IMG/VR virus record: IMGVR_UViG_3300048929_000179
Span: 21,882 to 85,881 of that record
DNA length: 64,000 nucleotides
DNA from: a virus
Direction: 5' to 3' (one strand)
In this document: positions 19,931 through 30,496 of the stretch, in pieces
Position numbering within the stretch: the first letter of the stretch is position 1
How the letters are laid out: every line of letters starts with the position of its first letter
Notes under the pieces: generated by a model
What the model was told of the DNA's origin: nothing
Seen by the model: the letters and a program-made list of their open reading frames with translations, nothing else
Database searches by the model: none
Made by a program: the position numbers and the translations under genes

Positions 19931-21160
19931 TTAATTTAGCTCAATATCGCACAATGCCTTGACTCTTTTATTTTCAGTCACGATAGTAACTGTTTGTTCA
20001 GGCAATCCAACAAGCCTTTTGTCTATTGCATAGCTATCCATTCCATCAACACAACCAGACTGAATAACTTTAACTCCGTCTACTGTAGCCATTCCATTTG
20101 TATGTCTGTGTCCTAAATAGCACATATCTGGCAGTGGATAATTTGCTTTTCTAGCCAATTTCGTCATATTATAGACTACATTACTCATTGAATCCTTGTC
20201 CCCATGACTGGCATAAACACTATGTCCTCTTACGTTAAATGTTGCAATGTTAATATCCAACGTGTTGTCTTCAACATGTACATTTTCAACTCTCTTAAAT
20301 TCTTTTTTCAAGGCATATGGAATAAGTAAATCAAAATTTTCTCCTTTTGGAGATTCTTCCTTACTTGCTGTGGAACGAGAGTGATTTCCCGGAGTCGTGT
20401 ACACATAAACATTCTTAAAATTAAAGCGAAGTGTGTCTATAAAATTACCAACTAAATCTGAAACCAACTCAATTTGTTCTATAATATTCTCTTTAGCCTC
20501 GATTCTGCCGTTTAAGTGTATTAATCCGTGTATCATGTCGCCGCCAAGTATCACGTAAGCATTTTCGCCGTTATATGTATTCTTGATTTCCAATACTTCA
20601 TCTAAATATTTTTTCATTCTGCACTTAAGAATGTCAACATTAAATTTATTCAATGGGCTATCTACTTCGACGGAACAGTGTACATCTGTAAGATGAATAA
20701 TTAAATCTGAATCACTATCAATAATGGGAGATGGGTGGTAATCGAATGAAATTGGTTGATATTCGTCAATTGCTCTTTTGACAATCTCAAATAATTCTTC
20801 TCTTCTGGACTGTTCCCTCAAGAGTTTATTTAATCCAGTTCGTTCATCATATAATTTTTGCTTTTCTTTTTTGATTTCCTGTTTTTCAAGTGTGAGTTTT
20901 GTGAAATAATCGTCATCATCTAACACAACATTTTTTTGTCTCAGGTATTCAGCTCTAGCATATCCGCCGAAAATAGTAGAAGACGCTTTACGAATGGTTT
21001 CTGACGAGCACTGAATGTTGTATTTATTCTTGAGATCGTCCCAATCAAAATCGCTGAAATCTCCGTATGCCATATCTATTTCTCTACAAGCAGCATTATA
21101 TGACTCTTCCGTAAGTCCCAGTTTAGCTAATTTTTCTTCAAAATTATACAGTATGTTCAC
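19931..21160 (-). CDS. calcineurin-like metallophosphoesterase with N-terminal coiled coil (SPbeta YonJ-like)
   Basis: TDVH, GGDMIHG, PGNH, SHGD, GHRH motifs. Confidence 0.85.
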   Translation of the reverse strand: MNILYNFEEKLAKLGLTEESYNAACREIDMAYGDFSDFDWDDLKNKYNIQCSSETIRKASSTIFGGYARAEYLRQKNVVLDDDDYFTKLTLEKQEIKKEKQKLYDERTGLNKLLREQSRREELFEIVKRAIDEYQPISFDYHPSPIIDSDSDLIIHLTDVHCSVEVDSPLNKFNVDILKCRMKKYLDEVLEIKNTYNGENAYVILGGDMIHGLIHLNGRIEAKENIIEQIELVSDLVGNFIDTLRFNFKNVYVYTTPGNHSRSTASKEESPKGENFDLLIPYALKKEFKRVENVHVEDNTLDINIATFNVRGHSVYASHGDKDSMSNVVYNMTKLARKANYPLPDMCYLGHRHTNGMATVDGVKVIQSGCVDGMDSYAIDKRLVGLPEQTVTIVTENKRVKALCDIELN

Positions 21161-21168
21161 CCACCTTC

Positions 21169-21330
21169 TTATTCTTCATTTTCTTCACTAGGAGAGTAGG
21201 AGTTACAATTTTTAATAGAAATATCTACTCCGATAAATTTCTTTGAATCTGAATCAAAGTTGACAAGTACCGCATTATTTTTACAAACAGAGTGATGATT
21301 ACAGTTTTTACAAATGTGATTATCAATCAT
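21169..21330 (-). CDS. 53-aa Cys-rich small protein (not in ORF track)
   Basis: Manual translation MIDNHICKNCNHHSVCKNN...; GGAGG RBS. Confidence 0.65.
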   Translation of the reverse strand: MIDNHICKNCNHHSVCKNNAVLVNFDSDSKKFIGVDISIKNCNSYSPSEENEE

Positions 21331-21448
21331 TTATATAAATCCTCCAATTATTCATTGTATTTTATGTGAAACATTACCATATATTATTTACAAGATGTAT
21401 GTTAGTATTATATGAGTGAGAATAGACGCAAAAAATAGATATAAAAAA

Positions 21449-22063
21449 TTAAATGATTTCATCTATACTTTTCAAAATACTATGAGCTATTCCATATTCA
21501 ACCTGCTCATCTGCATCAAAGTACCAATCTTTACTCTTATTCTTGTTGAAAGTTTTCTGGTCAATGTTTGTACGCGATAATACATAATCACACATCTGCT
21601 GAATTTGCTTACGATATGTTTTCTGTGATTCCTCCACCTGTTCAAAAGTTCCCTGTACTCCGGTAGACCCGGTATGTAACATAGCCTGAGAACGAGAAAG
21701 ACAATATCTGTGAGTACCCGCAAGGAATAACAGAAAACCACCAGAAAGTGCAATTCCCATATTTACGGTAACAATTGGAGTAGTAGACGCAAGCATTGTA
21801 TCAACTAAACTATATGTACTATATAAACAACCGCCAGGAGACTGAATGAAAATTTTAATTGGAGTTCTTTCTTCAATTGATTTACCCTTGTCTTCACGGT
21901 TTATATTTATAATAGATCTCTGAATCTCTAATACGCTTTCATCAATCTCATAATCAATGTAAAATGTGCGATTTTCAGCCAATCTCCAATAATTCACCAT
22001 TTCTGGAGCTGGTAACTGCATGTTTTCTAAGTTTGCTGGGAGTGTTAATAATAATTCGTCTAT
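21449..22063 (-). CDS. clpP: ClpP-like serine protease
   Basis: IFIQSPGG, ALSGG (catalytic Ser), MLH (catalytic His), DWYFDADEQVEYGI; probable ATA start 22063. Confidence 0.85.
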   Translation of the reverse strand: MDELLLTLPANLENMQLPAPEMVNYWRLAENRTFYIDYEIDESVLEIQRSIININREDKGKSIEERTPIKIFIQSPGGCLYSTYSLVDTMLASTTPIVTVNMGIALSGGFLLFLAGTHRYCLSRSQAMLHTGSTGVQGTFEQVEESQKTYRKQIQQMCDYVLSRTNIDQKTFNKNKSKDWYFDADEQVEYGIAHSILKSIDEII

Positions 22064-22090
22064 AATAAAACCTTCTTCCTGTAGTTTATT

Positions 22091-23533
22091 TTATAATGAG
22101 AATTTCAAACTTGAATTTGCAACGACTACTCTTGTAGATTTACACTTATTTTCTAATTCTTTTTTCAATGCAGTAGCCAATGTTTCTTTCGCTTCCTTAC
22201 TTCCATGATGCAGCACAATCTTATTGCAATTTACAGATGAATAAATATTCACTAATTGATCAAATGGAGCATGACCAGACATACTTTTTAAGCTATACGA
22301 ACTACATCTGCAATTATATTCTTTTGCGTCAATAGTAATAGTTTTTCTCTTATTGTCTTTTAACATGCTTGCAAGACTACCCTCAGTGCTAAAACCTACG
22401 AATAGGATAGTAGCATTAGGATTACAGACCAAAGACTTTAAATGATGACGTATGCGTCCCACATTACACATCCCGGCTGTACTCATGATGCAGCAAGGTT
22501 CAGTAGAAGATACCAATGCTTTGCTTGCTTCTGGTTCTTTTACAAACACCAAATTATCCCATTTAAGCATTTCATCAAATTTCTTCTTATCCTCACCTTC
22601 CAATATTTCCGCATAATCCTTGAATATTGAAATTGCAAGAGGAGAATCAATATACAACTTTGGTTGCCATGGTTCATCTTTGTAGAGTTCATACACCATT
22701 AATGCCAACTGCTGAATTCTGGACTGAGCAAATGACGGAATAAGTACCCTTCCGTTCATTTCTTTAATCTGTGTATCGATGATTGATTTTAGCTTATTCA
22801 AATCATTTTCACGCTCTTTTTTACCAGTTTTGAGATCAGGTCTATCGCCATATGTAGATTCACCAATCAGTAAATCACATGATGTCACTGGCTCAAATTT
22901 ACCGACAAAATAATTATCTATATCTTTATTTCCAATATCACCCGTATAAACGATTGTCTTTGTTAATCCACCAACCGTAATATACAAAACAATCTGGCAG
23001 CTATTAAGCAAATGGCCGCTGTGGACAAACATGAATGACAGCTCATCATCTATCGTGACTTTCTGGTTAATTGGTCGTTCAATAGTGTATTCAAGCATTG
23101 TATTTACGTCTGATATATCATATAATGGACTATAATTCTTATTATTTTGAGTGTTTATAACGAAGATATCGCGCTCTGCAATATATGCTGAGTCACTTGC
23201 CATAGTCTTAAATACACCTTTTGAGTTCGCAGGAAGAACCGTAGCCCCTCTGAACCCATCTCTGTATAACTTTGGTACAGCAAGACAGTGATCTCCGTGT
23301 AAATGAGATATGAATACTAAATCAATATCTTTTGCTTTAAATTTCGTTGGTTTTCTATTGTTTACCAAGAAATCTTCGTATTTAGAGTTCGATTGATGTA
23401 AGCCAAAATCAAGTAACAACCTATGATTTGGAGTCTCAACATAAACACAGCTACCCGTTACGTCTTCGCTGGCAGGTTCATCAACAAATGATACTGTAAT
23501 TTTGTCTTTTTTCTTTGCGATGGTCAAAACCAC
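22091..23533 (-). CDS. metallo-beta-lactamase/beta-CASP ribonuclease
   Basis: SHLHGDH, SGHLLNS, YTGD, ESTYG, PSFAQSR, AGMCNVGR, MSGHA. Confidence 0.9.
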   Translation of the reverse strand: MVLTIAKKKDKITVSFVDEPASEDVTGSCVYVETPNHRLLLDFGLHQSNSKYEDFLVNNRKPTKFKAKDIDLVFISHLHGDHCLAVPKLYRDGFRGATVLPANSKGVFKTMASDSAYIAERDIFVINTQNNKNYSPLYDISDVNTMLEYTIERPINQKVTIDDELSFMFVHSGHLLNSCQIVLYITVGGLTKTIVYTGDIGNKDIDNYFVGKFEPVTSCDLLIGESTYGDRPDLKTGKKERENDLNKLKSIIDTQIKEMNGRVLIPSFAQSRIQQLALMVYELYKDEPWQPKLYIDSPLAISIFKDYAEILEGEDKKKFDEMLKWDNLVFVKEPEASKALVSSTEPCCIMSTAGMCNVGRIRHHLKSLVCNPNATILFVGFSTEGSLASMLKDNKRKTITIDAKEYNCRCSSYSLKSMSGHAPFDQLVNIYSSVNCNKIVLHHGSKEAKETLATALKKELENKCKSTRVVVANSSLKFSL

Positions 23534-23544
23534 CTTTCTTATTA

Positions 23545-23763
23545 TTATTTCACATATTTGTCTTCAATATATCTTTTATGTCTTGTGATAGACACGCCTA
23601 CATGAAACTTGTCAGTCTTTAAATATGTATCCGATTCAGACCCGTCATAATATTTGCTTTCTTTGTAATTTTTGTACGCCACCTTATCATAATATCCACA
23701 TGAATGCTTACCATCTTGATTTCCTGAGGTAGTGTGACATTCTCCAATTACATTGTTTGCCAA
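23545..23763 (-). CDS. hypothetical protein
   Basis: ORF track only. Confidence 0.45.
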   Translation of the reverse strand: MANNVIGECHTTSGNQDGKHSCGYYDKVAYKNYKESKYYDGSESDTYLKTDKFHVGVSITRHKRYIEDKYVK

Positions 23764-24031
23764 TAATTCATTAAATGCTTTTTCGTTAATGAGTTTTATA
23801 ACAGTAACCTTCTTTCATTTTATATTTCTCCCAATGGGAGAGTAGTTTAAATTTAAAATAGTCAACACTTTGCCGACTAAGGAGAGCGTCTGCGCCCAAC
23901 TTAAGTAAGTCAAGCGCAAACACATATGAAGAATGAAGTATATATCTATCATAATAAGTAAAAACACACCTATTTTAAAACATCAAAAATTCCTTGTAAA
24001 ATCAAGGGTTTAAGAGGTATTTTTGATGTTT

Positions 24032-24802
24032 TTAATTTCCTAACTTTTTATAATATGACTTGTTTTGTTCGTTTTTAATATTTTTCGCACAACCACTACA
24101 ATACTTACTACGATTTGATTTTTTTCTTATAAGAATCCCACAACACACACACCTAACAAATTTGCCTTCTCCTTTATACATCATGTATTCATAACCCAAT
24201 TCTCTTAAATCAGATATGTATAATGTAACTTCTCCTTCTAGGTCAATGAAATTAACTTTGATATTTCTATTGGTGTTCTTTTTTGATATAGATATCATAG
24301 GAATCCCGCCATGCGATAGTTTTAATAATTGATTAACCAAATGAAATTTATCATCACTTCTTTTTGATCTTAATCTTGCTGTATTATAAATAAGTGATAT
24401 ATCAGTATTGATCCAACCGTCATTTTTTTCATATATCATATTGTAAGCCTTTGCATAGCACAACATGGTAAATAAAAATCTTTCTAATCTGGCATCTTCA
24501 ACGGTTCCTATTATTTCAATTTCTTTTTTTGTTATTGCAATCTCATCAATTTCATTTAGTTTATACTTATTTGCCTTTTTTGAAATTGATTCAATAATGT
24601 TTTCCCAAAACACCTTATTATAATTTGGATAATTTTTAGACATAAATTCATCTAACTTACGTTCAATTTCATTTTTATTCAAATTTTCTTGATGATAATA
24701 ATATTTTGCCAACAAGAACAGGGTGGAAGAAGGCTTTCTGCCAACTTCTCCCTTATCCAATAAGTTTTTTACATATTTAACTTCATTTAAAATTAGACTC
24801 AT
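24032..24802 (-). CDS. RNAP-coupled protein with C-terminal Zn finger
   Basis: Start overlaps RNAP stop; CVCCG...YCSGC at C-terminus. Confidence 0.7.
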   Translation of the reverse strand: MSLILNEVKYVKNLLDKGEVGRKPSSTLFLLAKYYYHQENLNKNEIERKLDEFMSKNYPNYNKVFWENIIESISKKANKYKLNEIDEIAITKKEIEIIGTVEDARLERFLFTMLCYAKAYNMIYEKNDGWINTDISLIYNTARLRSKRSDDKFHLVNQLLKLSHGGIPMISISKKNTNRNIKVNFIDLEGEVTLYISDLRELGYEYMMYKGEGKFVRCVCCGILIRKKSNRSKYCSGCAKNIKNEQNKSYYKKLGN

Positions 24803-25965
24803 TCATTTTCCTCCGAATCATCAACGTTTATCTCAACCTTTATGTCACATATATCTAATTTAAATTTCTCTCCATTAAATATAATATCTCCATCTTTTGA
24901 TTTGGTCGGATAAGAAATTTTATAGTTGTTTAGTTTCAATAGGTTTTTAATAAAAGTCTTTCCACAAATATCCCATGCGAATTGTTTTGATGCATTATTT
25001 TTATAACACAATTCCAATATGATATTACAAATTACATCTTCATCAGGGCAAGCTATATAACACATGTTTTCAAACGTGCTCCTAATGAGATATCTTTGTA
25101 ATATTCTTTCGTCTGATTTTAATCTCTTACTTTTTGCTTGCAACATATATCTGGAAGAAACTAATTTATATTCTTTATATATTTGCTGAATTTTTTTATA
25201 TAATTCAGGAGAATATGTTACTCCAACACTTTTTAATATTGAATAATCAAACGTTATCTGGTCATTGATCTTTAACTTGTTGTCAAATTTTTTCTCAATC
25301 TTCCAGCAAATTCTATTCACTACACAAGGGTTCATTCCTAGAGGAAAGTGGGTTTCATAGTAATTTAAAAACTCTTCTTCATCGCTATTTCTTTCTTTAC
25401 ACATTTCCAATTCCTCAATTGACTTGTCGAACTTGATCTTACATTTTTCAGAAGTATGCTTGATATAATTCTTATACTCCTTATTGCACTGTGGATAGAT
25501 ATATCTCATGAAATAAGGTTTTTTATCAGCAACTATTTTTTGATTTAAAACTCTGGTTTTCTTTTCATCATTGGTTAGATCAAATGGTTCAAAAGTCCCA
25601 TCTTTGTTTCGTTTACTCAATCGATTTAAAGACCAGTCACTCCAATTACCCGGTATTGGTTTAGCGTCAATTCCTTTTGTCTTGTCAATTGCATTCTGTT
25701 GGTATAACTGCCCGCATTTAATCCTGTAATCAAGTACATTATATTCTCGGCTTCCAGCATGATATTGCGCTTGCACCTCAAACATTGAGGTTATCTTGTT
25801 GGTGGTAGACCCAACGTCGTTCCCAAAACTGTTTATGTTTGATTCGTAAAAATCATCTTCAGTAGGAATGCACTTTGGAGCCTTTCTTTGCACACACACT
25901 ATCGCAGGTAATTGTTGCGTATTCCTGACTATAACGTCCATAGATGTGTTGATTACACAGTCACC
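24799..25965 (-). CDS. yonO: YonO-type RNA polymerase, exon 2
   Basis: After intron removal reads GD-CVINTS-MDVIVRN in frame with the 24799..25941 ORF. Confidence 0.85.
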   Translation of the reverse strand, partial: GDCVINTSMDVIVRNTQQLPAIVCVQRKAPKCIPTEDDFYESNINSFGNDVGSTTNKITSMFEVQAQYHAGSREYNVLDYRIKCGQLYQQNAIDKTKGIDAKPIPGNWSDWSLNRLSKRNKDGTFEPFDLTNDEKKTRVLNQKIVADKKPYFMRYIYPQCNKEYKNYIKHTSEKCKIKFDKSIEELEMCKERNSDEEEFLNYYETHFPLGMNPCVVNRICWKIEKKFDNKLKINDQITFDYSILKSVGVTYSPELYKKIQQIYKEYKLVSSRYMLQAKSKRLKSDERILQRYLIRSTFENMCYIACPDEDVICNIILELCYKNNASKQFAWDICGKTFIKNLLKLNNYKISYPTKSKDGDIIFNGEKFKLDICDIKVEINVDDSEENE

Positions 25966-26304
25966 CTTATTTACCCTCGGTTTCCCGATATTTATTAGGG
26001 GAATAGACTATATCATACCCAATACTCCTATTACCGTCATATTGAGCCTTGGCGCTTCCACAATGGTATTTCACTCACTATGTACTCTACTCGGTTATTC
26101 ACTGCGACATTTCTTCGCAATTATCCTTTCGATAGTCGTTCCACATAAATCAAAGTTTTTTTGATTTTTAGCACGGCGATTAGGAAACTACACCCTCCCC
26201 CGTTAGCACATATTCTAGCTGTCATTTCCTACAGTTCCTATACGTAACATGCACACCCTAGATTTCTAGGTTCACCAAGTTTTACAAGGACAGATATTTA
26301 TCAA
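25966..26304 (-). ncRNA. group I intron (subgroup IA-like, 339 nt, no internal ORF)
   Basis: 5' exon ends in U; P1 AAGGAU/GUCCUU with U.G at the splice site; P7 elements AACGACTAT and GATATAGTCT; P9 TCGG-GAAA-CCGA; terminal G; splicing restores the reading frame and DKDGD. Confidence 0.92.
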
Positions 26305-27936
26305 ATCCTTATCCATACCATTCATCGCTTTATCTGACGTATCCCAACTATTAAAAATAGTAATAGTGGTCATGTATTTGTAAAAATCATTCATTTTGTC
26401 ACTACTTGCGACTTCTAATAATCTGATATTGTTGTGACAGGTCATGGGAGCGCGAAAACTAGCTATTTTATTTACCTTCACATCTATCCAGTATTTAGAA
26501 TAAATTTGACCAGCTTTTAGTAAACCTGTAACTTTGAGTCCAAACATAGATTGACAAAGAGAGTATGGATCCCCACACACCAAAGAATAATTAGCCGGGA
26601 CGGTTAATACCCCTACTTTTGCCTCATCTATTCTTTTGTCTATCATCTTATTTATTTGACTCTGCACATAAGGATCGTTTTTCATTCTCTCATCTATCAT
26701 TAAAGCTGTTGCAAAAGATGAGTCTAGGTGCTGAACAGTCTTACTCGTTAAGTGAGTTCCCTTTGAATACAATATTGTTTTTCTGTAATCTCCAGACAAT
26801 ATATCGTTTATTTCTGATACAGTTGGAGATATCAACTCATCTAATTCTTCATCTGTAAAATTATAACTCTGCAAAAATTGGTAATTCATATTCCTTACAT
26901 TTTCTAATTTTTCTTCAGCAATCTTTGTAATCGCAAAATCATAATGATTCTTCTTACAGTTATGTAAATATGTATATATCGAATGATAAGAATCCCACAG
27001 TTTGAGCATAGATTCAGTTAAAATCAATTCTATATTCTTGATATGATGCCAAGTTCCCCATACATCTTGAATATATTTTATGCTTCTATCATGTGCGAAT
27101 TTTTGAAAATCGATGCAAAAAACAGCGCCCTTACAAAAACTGTTTCTTATAACACAACCTGGCAACACGTAATCTTCTCCAAGTTCTTCTCCCCAACGTC
27201 GCATTAATGAAGGCATAGCCATACCATATCCATCACTATCAATCAATTCAATTGGCTCATCTTTTTTAAATATCATTTTTGGCTGATCAACGTCAGTATC
27301 ATCTAGCATAATTACATCAGAAGTAAAGTGCGTAATACTGTCATGAACGACACATATACCTTTTGGATTAGACACCGGAGTTGATGCACTACAAGTCAAA
27401 GATTTATAGGCTTCTAATTTTGCAGGAGAAAATTCTTTCGTTTCATCCCTTCCATTGTTTATACGCCGTCTAATCTCGCTTGCATGCTTTTCGCTTATAA
27501 ACACAATTGTTTCGTTTTTTACCCCACCAGTTGTACCGAGTAATCTCACATATTTCACGTTATTTAATTCAAATCCATTTAAATGCAATTTTTCAAAATC
27601 TGATATTTTATCAATTACAATGCATACATAATCTCGCTTGTATAGTAAATCATCAAGCTCACTCAAAAGCACTTTGATTTCTTTTTGTGTTTTTTTGATA
27701 TCATCATCATATTTTAATTTTTTTATCTTATCTTTTAAATACTCGGTGTATATATTAGGATTTTTAATATTATTCAGTTCATCTAACCAGCGAAGCATTT
27801 GACTATCATTCAGTGAGATAAGTTCATTATTCTCCCTCGCTTGGCTAATTGTCAAATTTAGTTTCCAGTCATTTCTTCTTAATCTAGCTGAATGAATCTT
27901 TAAAACAAATCTTGGAGACACTTTTGCTTTACTCAA
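26305..27936 (-). CDS. yonO: YonO-type single-subunit (double-psi-barrel) DNA-dependent RNA polymerase, exon 1
   Basis: DGYG, CKGAVF, FRAP and NGMDKD| motifs; spliced product about 932 aa with DxDGD; upstream of HU and head genes as in SPbeta. Confidence 0.88.
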
Positions 27937-29332
27937 TCAAACTTCCCCCTTTTGTAGACGCAAATACGTATCTTAACTTACAACCTATCCCATCATAATT
28001 TAATACGTTTTCATATATTTTTTTCATTGCTTTTGTTATTTTATTAATAAAAATTTTGTAAATATTTTCATATGTAAAATCAAATTTTTTATCAATAAAA
28101 TCATGATATGTTATGAAATCACGGGCAAAATTGGAGACACTACAATTTTCTTTTATACCAATTTTAAAAGTTCCTGGTGCATTGATTGTAAAATACCAAA
28201 TACAATCTTCAGCCTCAAATATTTTTGATACATCTTTTAATACTTTAAGTGATACATCTTCTATTAACTTTTGATTAATAGTAAATTCATTTCTTCGAAA
28301 TATATCATTTTTAATGTCTTTTATTATTTTTAACAATTCAGATGGTCTCAAGATCCATTCCCTTTTATCATTCCATATGTAGTTATGCTGCTTATTACCA
28401 TTAATATCAACATAACAATAGTTTATCGAAATATTTTTTCTCGGCTTTATTTTGCAAATACCAAAAGTTATTCCACTTTTTGTCATATTAAATACGTTAT
28501 TGTTCCAATATTCGATTGACTCTTTATTAATAATGTCTCTAAATGTTTGATTATTTTTCTTTATACACGATTGTCTTTTTAATAAATCAAAGCAAACCTC
28601 CTTATCAAAAATATCTAGACATTTAAAATAATCAAAGACATCTTCTTCTGATACTTCTCCATTTTTATATTTTTGCAATTCACTCCAAAACCAATCAAGT
28701 CGTTCCCACTGAATTTTATAATTCAACTTATCTTGTCTTTTCCATTCGATCTTTCTTTTTGCAATAGTATCCTCGTAGTCTTTATGAGAATAACTTTTGA
28801 TAAAACAATATCCATCGGAGTAGATAAGTTTAAATTCTGGAATATCGTTATTATGTTTTTGATTAATAAATTCTCTGGCATCCACTTCTACGACATCAGT
28901 TTCTAATTCATCCCATTTTGGAATATAATATTCCGTCTTTTTGTTTGAATATTTAATTTCAAAAAAGAATAATTTTCCTTCATCGGTATCTACAATAAGA
29001 TCTGGACGATAATCACCAAAATTTGTATGCAACGTTTTCTCTGTTTGTATGTTAGACACCGTGTATAAGTTGTTGTCTATTTTAAACTTACAACCATTTT
29101 CAAACAGCCAAGTCTTACAAATGTAATGGACAAAACTTTCTTCACTACATCCACCACTCTCATGATAGAAATGAGGCTGAACCTGATATTCTTCATCTTT
29201 CTTATATGCCCTAGGTTTAACAATCCCCTTACAACACGGACAATGGTAGACTACATCAGCTTTCACGTCAGAAATATGTATATAATTGGCTGATTCATCA
29301 AGTGAGTCCAGTCCAACGATTAACTGTGGCAA
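27929..29332 (-). CDS. Zn-finger + PD-(D/E)XK nuclease (CoiA-like N-terminus)
   Basis: YHCPCCK...PHFYH...C; YRPDLIV...FFEIKYS; stop overlaps RNAP start. Confidence 0.75.
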   Translation of the reverse strand: MPQLIVGLDSLDESANYIHISDVKADVVYHCPCCKGIVKPRAYKKDEEYQVQPHFYHESGGCSEESFVHYICKTWLFENGCKFKIDNNLYTVSNIQTEKTLHTNFGDYRPDLIVDTDEGKLFFFEIKYSNKKTEYYIPKWDELETDVVEVDAREFINQKHNNDIPEFKLIYSDGYCFIKSYSHKDYEDTIAKRKIEWKRQDKLNYKIQWERLDWFWSELQKYKNGEVSEEDVFDYFKCLDIFDKEVCFDLLKRQSCIKKNNQTFRDIINKESIEYWNNNVFNMTKSGITFGICKIKPRKNISINYCYVDINGNKQHNYIWNDKREWILRPSELLKIIKDIKNDIFRRNEFTINQKLIEDVSLKVLKDVSKIFEAEDCIWYFTINAPGTFKIGIKENCSVSNFARDFITYHDFIDKKFDFTYENIYKIFINKITKAMKKIYENVLNYDGIGCKLRYVFASTKGGSLIE

Positions 29333-29471
29333 ATCTCTTAATTCAAATTCAATTTTATCGTTTATAATCTTTTCCTCCTAAAAATATTTGGTTGTGTTTT
29401 GTGATGGATTTATTTCTGCATCAAAGTCTTGTTTTACGGCACGCCAATGCCTTTTATGTAATCGTTCAATT

Positions 29472-29783
29472 TTATTTCAATCTATCTTTTAATTTTTCCA
29501 CGTAGCTAATGAAGTTTCCCATAGTCTTAACATCATCATTAAAATATCCATTACTAACAAGAGTTTCGAGATATCCTGCGACTTTTTCACACATAGAGGC
29601 GGAAGATGAGTTTACGATCACATTTTCTCTGATTAGAATTCTTAAGCCAGCTTCCGTATCCTGGAGCCATAAGTCACAGTGGAATTTATTTTCATCTTCT
29701 AAGTCATTATTTACTTCTGCGATAATTGCATAATTCTCATTTATGGATACCTCTACGCTTGCCAATTTCTTATAATTCATCAT
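29472..29783 (-). CDS. hypothetical protein
   Basis: ORF track; AAGGAG RBS. Confidence 0.65.
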   Translation of the reverse strand: MMNYKKLASVEVSINENYAIIAEVNNDLEDENKFHCDLWLQDTEAGLRILIRENVIVNSSSASMCEKVAGYLETLVSNGYFNDDVKTMGNFISYVEKLKDRLK

Positions 29784-29928
29784 ATTTTTATTCTCCTTTA
29801 TATTCTTTTAAAATTTGTATCGATTTACGGTTTTAAGTAGTTAATGGTAAAATGTTCACGCCAATGTGTTTGAGCCGAAATTTATGCTTAGTTTTAATGC
29901 TCAGCTTGTAGTTTTCAATATGCCAGTG

Positions 29929-30496
29929 TTATTTATTAGCGATTCTATTTTTCGCAATAGTTCTCATTCTAGCAGCACGCTCAATTTTTTGTTCTTCCGA
30001 TAATTCGACTTTTCGTGGGGCAGATAGCTTAAAATACTTAATAGGCGCATGACCGAAGATGCTGCCATCAGGATTTTTCACATAGTCAATGTCGTCTGGA
30101 TGTTCCTCTTTCAGCTTCTTGACCTTATTGATCCACTTGCGAGCTGTGAACGTAAATGAGATTTTGCGCATGTTTGTAAGAAATTCAATACAGTTTTCGT
30201 TATTATTATCCTGGTTGTGTTCAATAGTAGTCATATTATTTGTTTCCTCCCTGTGATTTATTGCGTGATTTACGGTTTCTATACTCAGTAAGTGTTGGAT
30301 AAGAGTATCCATATGTACGATATCCATAGCGATCATCTGATTCAAAATCTTTCTCTGATACAAATCCTGCGAATTCTCTGTGAAATTCCTCTCTTGATGG
30401 AACTGGGCTTGGTTTGGTTCTCTTAGTTTCTGTCATTATGTAATTTTTCTCCTTTAAATTTTTATATTTCAATTCCGTACTTTTTGAAAATCTCAA
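29929..30496 (-). CDS. two small overlapping-annotated hypothetical genes (probable true starts MTTIEH and MTETKR)
   Basis: ORF track 29929..30363 and 30236..30496; internal RBS+ATG pairs. Confidence 0.6.

Noticed and set aside
26272-26304. RNAP as two genes or a frameshifted pseudogene
   Set aside because: The interruption has complete group I intron hallmarks and splicing restores the catalytic motif.
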